A stretch of 64,000 bases of DNA from positions 1 to 64,000 of the IMG/VR virus record IMGVR_UViG_3300021375_000011. One strand, 5' to 3'. This stretch comes from a virus. The position numbers and the translations under genes were made by a program. Numbering within the stretch: position 1 is the first letter of the stretch; every line of letters starts with the position of its first letter. The notes under the pieces were generated by a model. It saw only the letters and a list, made by a program, of their open reading frames with translations, was not told where the DNA came from and did not search any database. Below, piece after piece: positions 39,428 to 47,552 of the stretch.

Positions 39428-40011
39428 AATGGGCCTCTAGCAGTATTTACCATCTCTAGAAAGCTCTGCATACTGATTATTTTCATGTTGTTAATTTTAC
39501 CAAACTGTTTTACAAATGCACTTTCTACGCCCTCTACTCTATAAAACTGTCTGTTTGGATAGTCTTCTGTAAGTTTTACAAGTTGATTTATCCAGTTGCC
39601 AGCGTATGTTGGTGGATCAAGTTCTTTTTTATAAAACTGTGTATCAACATAAACATTATTAAACATTCCGTTTGTTGTGCCTAAATCCATGCCAATTAGA
39701 TAAATGTCACTGTGTCCATCAATACATGCAAGAGCTGCCGCATTTGGTCCGCTACTAAATCCTTTGTATTCGTTAGTTAAATGCTTACCACCTAAATCAA
39801 CTATAGGTTTGCGTGTGTGAAATCTATGCTTTTGTGCATAGCCACTTTGTTGAATACTATCTGCAATTGGTCTATCTGTTGCAACTAAGCAATCTGGAGT
39901 AAAGGTTTTGCATAACCAATTGCATCCATAGGTAGCACCCAATGGCGATAACTTTGTCAAATCAACCGACAGTCTACTTTTGCCATTTCCTAGAATAAAT
40001 GCAGTACTCAT
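39424..40011 (-). CDS. Glycosyltransferase-like protein (Maf/DUF115 or sialyltransferase-like fold)
   Basis: AFILGNGKSR..TYGCN..PDCLVATD..SSGPNAAALA..IYLIGMDL..NNVY motif set. Confidence 0.6.
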   Translation of the reverse strand: MSTAFILGNGKSRLSVDLTKLSPLGATYGCNWLCKTFTPDCLVATDRPIADSIQQSGYAQKHRFHTRKPIVDLGGKHLTNEYKGFSSGPNAAALACIDGHSDIYLIGMDLGTTNGMFNNVYVDTQFYKKELDPPTYAGNWINQLVKLTEDYPNRQFYRVEGVESAFVKQFGKINNMKIISMQSFLEMVNTARGPL

Positions 40012-40047
40012 AAAAAACCCTCACTGTACTTAATACAGTAAGGGTTT
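40012..40047 (-). terminator. Intrinsic terminator whose loop contains a TAAGTA late promoter
   Basis: Minus strand AAACCCTTACTGTA-TTAAG-TACAGTGAGGGTTT-TTT: a 14-bp stem with one G-U pair, immediately before ATG 40011. Confidence 0.65.
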
Positions 40048-40067
40048 GGTTAGTTAAAAAGTAACTA

Positions 40068-40763
40068 TTAACCTAGTGAAGCATTCTCAATTTGTACTAG
40101 ATCACGTGTGTTTGGTGATGCAGATGAACCTGATCCACCAATAACAACTGTGTCATCTAGTTGATTAAAAAAGTTTAACAACACTACACCACCTGAAAAA
40201 GATATCCCGTGTTTGTTACTAAAACGCTTTAGACGAACTGCTGATGATCCAATATCAGTATATGACACTGTCATATCACCTACTGCAAGAGCTGAATCGT
40301 TAACATTTGCTAATGTGCATATTCCACATTCAGCAACAGTTCCTGATGAACCAGCAGCCGAAGCAGCTTCTACAGTAAAAATAGCTCCGTTTGAGACAAA
40401 TCCGTCTCCGGGCATTCCCATCGCATTCCAATCAGTATCACCAACTGACACAATTCTTACTATGCTACCAACTACTGCGTTTGCAGGGTCAATTGCACTT
40501 GCGTCTAGTCTTGACACAAGATACTTTGACGCACCTTTTTGTCTTACTATAAAACCGTCACCTTCAGCAGTAATACTTCCGCCACCTGGTCTAATTCTTG
40601 TTGTTGTTACTGGAAAGTCATAGTCACTTGTACTAATGTTTCCACCAACTACACCATAGAACAATTCTCCTGCTGGAGTTGGCGTCATTCCAATTAACGG
40701 TCCTGGATTGTTAAATCCAGCATCCTGTGTATCGGATATTTTTATTTTTAACGGTCTTCCCAT
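40068..40763 (-). CDS. Virion structural protein (MGRPLK-type, possible capsid decoration)
   Basis: 231 aa with GFIVRQKGASKYLV; strong RBS AAGGAG; TATAAATA at 40839-40846; downstream of the MCP locus. Confidence 0.7.
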   Translation of the reverse strand: MGRPLKIKISDTQDAGFNNPGPLIGMTPTPAGELFYGVVGGNISTSDYDFPVTTTRIRPGGGSITAEGDGFIVRQKGASKYLVSRLDASAIDPANAVVGSIVRIVSVGDTDWNAMGMPGDGFVSNGAIFTVEAASAAGSSGTVAECGICTLANVNDSALAVGDMTVSYTDIGSSAVRLKRFSNKHGISFSGGVVLLNFFNQLDDTVVIGGSGSSASPNTRDLVQIENASLG

Positions 40764-40784
40764 TTGTTTTCTCCTTATAAAGTT

Positions 40785-40818
40785 CCCGTTCTAGCGGGTA
40801 CGCAGTTGTGTCTGCATA
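40785..40818 (-). promoter_or_regulatory. Tandem-hairpin structured 5' leader
   Basis: Minus strand TATGCAG-ACACAA-CTGCGTA immediately followed by CCCG-CTAGAA-CGGG, located between the late promoter and the RBS. Confidence 0.5.
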
Positions 40819-40824
40819 AACACA

Positions 40825-41496
40825 TTATTGTGCAACTGTATTTATAGGATCAAACGTTTTACGCCAGTCTGTACCACGTATTCGATCGACTTTATCAAAT
40901 TGTTCAAGAGTTGTACCTGCATAGTTATAAGATATGTAATGGTCTTCTGGAAGTGTTACCTTTGCCCAGTCCACTACATGTTTATGTGTATGTCTGTTTA
41001 GATGTGATATTGTAATGTTAACTGCAAAGTCTACACTTTCAGGCGCATTTTGCACAATCCATTTTACATTACTATCAACTTTAGTCCATTTTGCTGGCCA
41101 ACGAAGATATTCAAAGTGTTCTCCAACTCCGTCAATGCTGAAACAGATGGATATACGTTTATAATACGAACATGTATTTAGAAACTCTAAACTTGGTTTC
41201 ACTGTGCCGTTAAAGTGTATGTGAAATCTCATATCCGTGTTTTTAAATTTTTCTAATACCTCATGTGTCGATTTGTGTAGTATTGGCTCGCCGCCGCCAA
41301 TTATAATGTGTTTGAGACCGGTAAAGTCTAAATCATCAACTGTTTGATTAAAGGCATACGACTCAACAGGCAATTTTTTTAATGCTTGCCAACGTGTACT
41401 GGCATGTTCGTCGCAAGTTGAACAAGCAAGATTACAAATTTTGCCAGGATCAAATGTTGCACATGTAGGATCTTTTGAGTTTATGTTCAGTATCAT
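40825..41496 (-). CDS. Radical SAM protein (short, no SPASM domain)
   Basis: CNLACSTC, GGGEPIL, HFNGT and FSIDGVGEHFEYLRWP motifs; paralog of 4430..5605; TATAAATA lies 4 nt upstream. Confidence 0.88.
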   Translation of the reverse strand: MILNINSKDPTCATFDPGKICNLACSTCDEHASTRWQALKKLPVESYAFNQTVDDLDFTGLKHIIIGGGEPILHKSTHEVLEKFKNTDMRFHIHFNGTVKPSLEFLNTCSYYKRISICFSIDGVGEHFEYLRWPAKWTKVDSNVKWIVQNAPESVDFAVNITISHLNRHTHKHVVDWAKVTLPEDHYISYNYAGTTLEQFDKVDRIRGTDWRKTFDPINTVAQ

Positions 41497-41511
41497 GATG
41501 TATTTATAGTC

Positions 41512-41541
41512 AAAAAAATAGCACCCGAAGGTGCTATTTTT
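41512..41541 (-). terminator. Intrinsic terminator after the major capsid gene
   Basis: AAAAATAGCACC-TTCG-GGTGCTATTTTTTT on the minus strand. Confidence 0.88.
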
Positions 41542-41559
41542 AATAAAGTTAAGTGTATA

Positions 41560-42747
41560 TTATGAGAATGATAAGTTGCTAACTGCAATTTCACCCACAT
41601 AGTCACCGGCATTACCAAATGAACTTGCAGTGTTTGATAACTCGATATATCCATATCTAGTCATGAAACTTACTACTGGCTCAAATGTTGACGGATCTAA
41701 TACAACGCCAGAACTCATTAGCGGTACGTATGGACAGTAGAATGCTGGAGCGTCAGTTTCTGATGCACCTTTGTATCCTACTAATACTGCTTGAGCGTCT
41801 GATGCATATGAATCACAGAATACTCTCATTGTACCGTTTAATGTACCTACAAACTTTGTGTTTGTTGGTGCTTCAAAAGTACCTTCTGTTGTTCTAGCAA
41901 ATGCTGAAGTTGTAGCTGATTGTAACACTGTTAATGAAGCTGGTGAAACAACTGCATAGTTACCTGCACCACGTCTTGTACGTTGTGCAATTAAGTTAGC
42001 TGTTCTGTTTATTAACACTGCTAAAGCGGCATGCTCATCACCAACGAAAGTAGCAGTACCTGATACTGCAGCCTGGTTGTATGTGAATTCAGTTGCGGCT
42101 AATGTACGTAGAGATAATAGAATCTCTTGATCGATCTCAGCAGTAATCTCTTGAGCTAATGCTGCCATGATTTCTGCTTCTACATCGATACCGTGCATTG
42201 CTTGTGCATCTTGAGCTGCTTCAAAAGTCCAACGAGCTGACAATTTACGTGTCTTTGCTTCTACAGGTTGCTTTAAGATCTGTACAGAAATTTTGTTACC
42301 TGCTGTACCTTCAAGTACTGCTGTGTTTCCACCACCGTAACCAGTTGCGGTTCCAGCGTTGTTAGAATATGCAGTTGCAATCTTGAATGGTGATAATGCT
42401 TCTTCGCCAGCAGTTGTTGATGTTGCGGCTAGGGAGTTATCAGTCATTGAGTCTGCATAACGTACTCTAAGTGTGTGAATTTGACCAACTGGTCCAGTCA
42501 TAGGCTGAACACCAACTAATTCGTTAGCAATAACAGTAGGCATAACCCTTCTTATTACAGGTAAAATAACTCTGTTTAGAGTTGCAATGTTACCTGATGC
42601 AGTTGATCCCGCTGTTGCGTTCTCAGCTAAGTGTTTGCGAGTGTTTTCTAAGATAACACCCATTGTTGAGCGACGAGCACCTTGTAATCCTTCTAGGAGG
42701 GCTTCTTTGGTCTCACCCCAACGGCTTTCTAGTAGTTCTTGTGACAT
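41560..42747 (-). CDS. gp23: Major capsid protein
   Basis: IRRVMPTVIANELVGVQPMTGPVGQI, AKTRKLSARWTFEAAQD, EITAEIDQE, FYCPYVPL and FMTRYG motifs. Confidence 0.97.
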   Translation of the reverse strand: MSQELLESRWGETKEALLEGLQGARRSTMGVILENTRKHLAENATAGSTASGNIATLNRVILPVIRRVMPTVIANELVGVQPMTGPVGQIHTLRVRYADSMTDNSLAATSTTAGEEALSPFKIATAYSNNAGTATGYGGGNTAVLEGTAGNKISVQILKQPVEAKTRKLSARWTFEAAQDAQAMHGIDVEAEIMAALAQEITAEIDQEILLSLRTLAATEFTYNQAAVSGTATFVGDEHAALAVLINRTANLIAQRTRRGAGNYAVVSPASLTVLQSATTSAFARTTEGTFEAPTNTKFVGTLNGTMRVFCDSYASDAQAVLVGYKGASETDAPAFYCPYVPLMSSGVVLDPSTFEPVVSFMTRYGYIELSNTASSFGNAGDYVGEIAVSNLSFS

Positions 42748-42767
42748 TTATATGTCTCCTTTTTAGT

Positions 42768-43856
42768 TTAAAGCCCTGCTAGGCGCTTCAAGGCAATGAC
42801 GTTGCTATCAGCATCGTCAGTTGCTTTATCGACAACCTTCGCAGATTTATTACCAGTTTGTTCAGTTAAATTTGAGGCTTTCTTAGTTCCTTTAGTTTCA
42901 CTGATTACTGCTGGCAAATATTTTTCAAAAGCGTTCTTCAATCTAGATGTCTGAACGTTTTCAAGTAAGTTAGTCATAATTTCTCTCTTCTCATCATTAA
43001 GAGGAGATAGAAGCTCATCCAATGTAGCATCACGCTCATTGGCTTCCTTTATGACTTTGATTTCGTTATTTTTTCTCTCAACAAGTGCTTTCGCTTTGTC
43101 TTGAGTTTGGATGGCTTCTGCCAACTGTTTATCTTGTTTAGCAATTTTTGCATTAAGTTTACGTACTTCCTCATTTTCATTTAAATGTGTAGCACCAAAC
43201 TCTGTTGCATATGCTTCGAAGATTCGACGACCAAAATTGTTCTCACGAGCAATTTGGATGTCTTCTTTAAGTTGACCCATTTCAGCCTTAAGATGCGTGG
43301 ATACAGTTGAAGCCATCTTCTTAGCAGATTCTTTTACAAACTTGCTCTTTAGATTATCAAGTTTATTACGTGCATTTGATACAAGTCTAACCTTAGTTTC
43401 CACTAAGTCTTTCTTGTCTGCAGCAAATTCCTTGATCTCTTCAGCTAAAGCACCAACAACAAATGATTCTAATTTCTCAAAACCTGTTTTTGATACCTTA
43501 CGATCTGTGCGTAGTTCTTTTAACTCTTCTGAAAGTTGTTTTACTAAAAAGCCGTTAAACTTATCAGCATTTTCTTTCATCTTGTTATGAAACTTAACAC
43601 GATCACCAGCAAGTGCTTTCTTCTCCTCGTTAAGAGCAGCGATTTCACTTGCCAAGCCTTCTGTAACCATTTTATCTAGGGCGTCTACCATCACAGTCTT
43701 ATCATGCTCATAGCGTTGTGCAAACTCCTCACGAAGTTCACTACGTACTGTCTCTTTGGCCTCTACCATTTTTGCTTCCCATTGTTCAGCAATAGCAGTA
43801 CGAGTGTCCTCATTGACGAGATCGCTATCTAATAGTGGTTTAATAGCATCTAACAT
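42768..43856 (-). CDS. gp22: Prohead core scaffold protein
   Basis: Coiled-coil, E/K-rich ORF located between gp21 and gp23. Confidence 0.8.
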   Translation of the reverse strand: MLDAIKPLLDSDLVNEDTRTAIAEQWEAKMVEAKETVRSELREEFAQRYEHDKTVMVDALDKMVTEGLASEIAALNEEKKALAGDRVKFHNKMKENADKFNGFLVKQLSEELKELRTDRKVSKTGFEKLESFVVGALAEEIKEFAADKKDLVETKVRLVSNARNKLDNLKSKFVKESAKKMASTVSTHLKAEMGQLKEDIQIARENNFGRRIFEAYATEFGATHLNENEEVRKLNAKIAKQDKQLAEAIQTQDKAKALVERKNNEIKVIKEANERDATLDELLSPLNDEKREIMTNLLENVQTSRLKNAFEKYLPAVISETKGTKKASNLTEQTGNKSAKVVDKATDDADSNVIALKRLAGL

Positions 43857-43865
43857 GCGATTCTC

Positions 43866-44492
43866 CTAAATTTTTAGGTCTCTGATAAGACGAGAAACTT
43901 CGTCTTTCAGGTACTTTTGTATTTTGCCGTCTTTCCCAGACTCACGAGCCATTTCTAAAATGTGATGTCCATGTTTCATGTTCATCAGTCCTTCATAAAT
44001 TGCTTTTGGATAAGCATTTGGAGCACTGGGTTGTGCGACCACGTCTACAGTTACTATTTCAAAGTCACTGACACGTCCGTTATGTGGATCAACGTTACCC
44101 GATCCACGACTCGAAACGCCCAATCTCACACCAGACTGAAGCATAGTTTTCACTAGCTCGCCCATTGGAGTTGGGAGAATTTTTAGTTTTCCATAACCAT
44201 TAGGTCCATCCATCCACATACTTTCTATCATGTGGCATACACGGTCTAAATTAATTTTGAGGTCATCTGGATGATCTACTTCGCCAAGAACGCTTGTAGT
44301 TTTGATTTGTTCGTTCAGTGTGTCAACTGCTTCTGCAATTTGACTTACTGGATAAACACGTTCGTTGGCATTTTTGACGTCACCTTGTATGCAGATGCCC
44401 TCCATATAGAGATTCTTACCGTCTTTGCCCTCAACGATTTGCATCTTTGCAGCTTCAAAAGTAAGGTCTTCTCTTAGGTATAGCTGTCCCAT
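43866..44492 (-). CDS. gp21: Prohead core protease
   Basis: NANERVYP, LGEVDHP, GVSSRGSG and TVDVVAQPSAPNA motifs. Confidence 0.95.
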   Translation of the reverse strand: MGQLYLREDLTFEAAKMQIVEGKDGKNLYMEGICIQGDVKNANERVYPVSQIAEAVDTLNEQIKTTSVLGEVDHPDDLKINLDRVCHMIESMWMDGPNGYGKLKILPTPMGELVKTMLQSGVRLGVSSRGSGNVDPHNGRVSDFEIVTVDVVAQPSAPNAYPKAIYEGLMNMKHGHHILEMARESGKDGKIQKYLKDEVSRLIRDLKI

Positions 44493-44512
44493 ATACTTGG
44501 TTCCTCGCTAGA

Positions 44513-45421
44513 TTAGTCTATAACACTTTTGGTGTTAACACCAGAAGCTTGTGCTAGTTCAGGCTTTGGAGCTGGCTTAACGTCTGGCTTTGTAGTTCCG
44601 TCCATGTCACCAAATTTTGGAGTTGGGCGGCCTTCTTTGCCTTTGTTACCATCATCAAAGTTTACTGGATGTGCATCCATTCCCTTTTGACCTGAGTTTG
44701 CAGCTACCGGACTTTTACTAGCTGGTGATGTAGTTACTGGCTTTGGTGCTGGAACTAAATCTACGTTCTCATTAAAGCCTTCAACTTCGACGTTAACATC
44801 AATTGGCTCGTCCATTTTGTCTTGCATAGCATCAATCTCGTCCTGCTCCATGTCAGTGTCGCTATCAATGTCTGAGATTTCATCCTGCTCGCCTTCGATG
44901 TCGTCTGTGTTGTCATCAACTTGACCCATTAGCTCTTCGAATTCACCCATTAGTTCGTCTAATTTGTCTTCGATATTTACTACACGGTCTTCTAACTCTT
45001 CTTCGCCGTTGTCATCATCAACGTCGATGTCGATCATTTCGATTTCTTCTTCATCATCTTCCATTCTAACGCCTTGCTCTTCAGCTTCGACTTCGTCAAT
45101 GAGTTCGTCAACCTGTGATCCGCCTAATTCTTCTGATTCATCAATTGGTCCATCGCCTTTACGCTTGCCGAAGTCTCCTCTTGAATCATCTCTACGACCT
45201 TTTTTAGAAACATCCTTGTCAGCTATTTTACCATCTTTGGCAGCTTCTGACTCGTCTTCTCTATCGTCGTAACCTTGTTTCTTTTCTGTAATTTCTTCTT
45301 CTGACATAATCTCTTCGTATATGTCTCTTGACTTCTCAACAACTATGTCGTGGAAAAGTGCCTTTGCATTCTTTTCGTCATCATTGATAACGAATTCAAT
45401 TAATTGCTCAAATTTGTTCAT
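44513..45421 (-). CDS. Acidic prohead core protein (gp67/gp68-like position)
   Basis: Very acidic 302-aa ORF between portal and protease; TAAGTA at 45459. Confidence 0.65.
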   Translation of the reverse strand: MNKFEQLIEFVINDDEKNAKALFHDIVVEKSRDIYEEIMSEEEITEKKQGYDDREDESEAAKDGKIADKDVSKKGRRDDSRGDFGKRKGDGPIDESEELGGSQVDELIDEVEAEEQGVRMEDDEEEIEMIDIDVDDDNGEEELEDRVVNIEDKLDELMGEFEELMGQVDDNTDDIEGEQDEISDIDSDTDMEQDEIDAMQDKMDEPIDVNVEVEGFNENVDLVPAPKPVTTSPASKSPVAANSGQKGMDAHPVNFDDGNKGKEGRPTPKFGDMDGTTKPDVKPAPKPELAQASGVNTKSVID

Positions 45422-45535
45422 GTGAAAATTTTCCTTCTAAGTATTGGGCTCAGTATAGTACTTACAAGAAAGTTAAAAAACTAGTAGTTTATAGGGGTAA
45501 AATGGGTATAAAATGAAACTTTAATAAAGATAAGC

Positions 45536-45757
45536 CTACAATTGCGGAGGAGGTGGAGCAAACTGTGCTTGTATCTTTTTAAGTTCTTCAGTTTTTTCAT
45601 AGTTACGCATATCATACATCTTACGCAACTTTGATATTTGCTTTAGCGTAAGTTTAGTCTTGCGTAGCTCTCCAAGCTCGGGAACACTGTTGTCAGCTTC
45701 TTGGTCTTGGTAATCTTCGTCTGATTGATCGTGATCATAAAATTCAAATAGTTTCAT
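45536..45757 (-). CDS. Small head-module protein
   Basis: 73 aa, MKLFEF..RKTKLTLKQISKLRKM; TATAAATA lies 5 nt upstream. Confidence 0.75.
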   Translation of the reverse strand: MKLFEFYDHDQSDEDYQDQEADNSVPELGELRKTKLTLKQISKLRKMYDMRNYEKTEELKKIQAQFAPPPPQL

Positions 45758-45765
45758 AATAGTAT

Positions 45766-47514
45766 TTATACCGGAGGCGCTTCTGCAGGAACATCAACAT
45801 TTACATCAATCTCTTCACCGCCTAGTGCTGGATCCATTGCTTCTTCGCCGGCTACTGCGTCTCCCATTTCTACATCACCTTCAAAATCACCTGGACTTAC
45901 TCCAACAGTACGTAAATCACTGCCAGTTGGTTCTACATCAACTGGTTGTCCAGTTTCTTGTTCCCACTGCTCTGTGTTCTCTTGTAGTTCGTCTTCAGTT
46001 AATCCTAAGTAACGTTTCATAAGAAAACGTTTACTCATATAAGGCAACTGTTCTAATGCACTGAATGCTTGAATTCTTGTTGTATCTAGTTCTGCTTGTC
46101 TGTAACTTGCAAAGTTTTGTGGAGGATTAAATTTTATTGAAAACAGTCCACTGTCAATGTTGAAGCCTCTCCAACGCATGAACATTTTAAATTCATCATC
46201 AAGTTTAAGGATAACTTGTCTTTGTAATCTTTCACAGTACTGATTGAATCTAAATTCTTGTATAAGTGCAGTACCAACACGCCCGTCGTTCATTGGGCGA
46301 TCTGAATCATCTGGACCTGTAGGCAAGTACGAACTTGGTACACGCAGTCCTCTACACATCTTATTGTTAAAGTATTTTAGATCGTCAATCTGTCCTAGGT
46401 TCTCACCACCTGGTAATGTTTCTACTTTTGAACCCCTACCTTCAGCAGTTTGTGGAAAGAAGTAATCTTCGTTAATACTAAGTGGATTGTACATAGTGTC
46501 CATAGTCGTAGCACCTTGTCCACCTTGTGCAGACGGAATACGTCTTTGGTGCACTTCATTTTTTACACGCTCAACAAACTGCATAGCAAGATGTGATGGC
46601 ATGTTACCTACGTCGATGTAAAACACTCTACGCTCTGGAGCACGTTGTACTCTGTATATCAGTATAGCATCTTCAAGCAGTTCTTTTTGCTTGAACACTT
46701 TGAATATCATCTCCAGCACACTTTGACTGAAAGGCCAGTAAAAGTCTAAACCTTCACTAAGTCCTAGGTGCACAACATTCTTTGCATCAATCACAGTTTC
46801 GTTGATAGTGTGTTCAAATCTACTGCCAGTGCTGGGTTGGTTAGGAAGATTGTAGTTTGCTCCGCCACCCATGGCTCCGCCGCCACCAGTACCATTTATT
46901 TGACCAGCATTACCTGCACCATAGTCAGTGGTGTTTTTAGCAGTGATACTTAGGTTTTCAAAGTTTGGATTGATATCTCTAATTACATATTGTTCTGGAC
47001 GTTTACCATCATTCTCGTTTACAATCACTCGTACAACTTTGGCCATGTCAACCCAGTACATTTCAAATGTTTCTGGATCACGTACAAACACTTGATCTCC
47101 GTATTTTAACACATTACGAAACATCTTAAACACACGTTGGTCAAGTTTGTTAAGTTTTGTCCACTGTTTTAATTGTGTACGTATTATTTCTATTTCGTTG
47201 TTTGTCGGAGTATCTGTGTATTGTACTTCAAAAGGTGTGTTGTTGCTTTCGTTTTCTTGTGTTGAAAATTCAGCAAGTATATCTAAACATGCATTTACTT
47301 CACTGTCAGTATCCATATTCTCATACTGATTATAGCGTTCTATTCTATTAGGATGTCCTGTGTATACTTCGGGTAAATGACTTTGATAGTTTTTAAATCC
47401 AAATTCGCCATTGGAACCAGTTCCGTAACTAGGCCCGCGTTGTGTTTGTCCGCTTATTGGACTAAGTTGTCCGCCGGTGTTTCCGACTGCTTTAAAGTAT
47501 TTTTTCCAAGACAT
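45766..47514 (-). CDS. gp20: Portal vertex protein
   Basis: LEDAILIYRVQRAPERRVFYIDVGNMP, EDYFFP..EGRGSKVETLPGGENLG and LRVPSSYL motifs. Confidence 0.97.
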   Translation of the reverse strand: MSWKKYFKAVGNTGGQLSPISGQTQRGPSYGTGSNGEFGFKNYQSHLPEVYTGHPNRIERYNQYENMDTDSEVNACLDILAEFSTQENESNNTPFEVQYTDTPTNNEIEIIRTQLKQWTKLNKLDQRVFKMFRNVLKYGDQVFVRDPETFEMYWVDMAKVVRVIVNENDGKRPEQYVIRDINPNFENLSITAKNTTDYGAGNAGQINGTGGGGAMGGGANYNLPNQPSTGSRFEHTINETVIDAKNVVHLGLSEGLDFYWPFSQSVLEMIFKVFKQKELLEDAILIYRVQRAPERRVFYIDVGNMPSHLAMQFVERVKNEVHQRRIPSAQGGQGATTMDTMYNPLSINEDYFFPQTAEGRGSKVETLPGGENLGQIDDLKYFNNKMCRGLRVPSSYLPTGPDDSDRPMNDGRVGTALIQEFRFNQYCERLQRQVILKLDDEFKMFMRWRGFNIDSGLFSIKFNPPQNFASYRQAELDTTRIQAFSALEQLPYMSKRFLMKRYLGLTEDELQENTEQWEQETGQPVDVEPTGSDLRTVGVSPGDFEGDVEMGDAVAGEEAMDPALGGEEIDVNVDVPAEAPPV

Positions 47515-47552
47515 ATAAGTTCCAATGTGCTTTTGTTATAGTGTATTTATCA

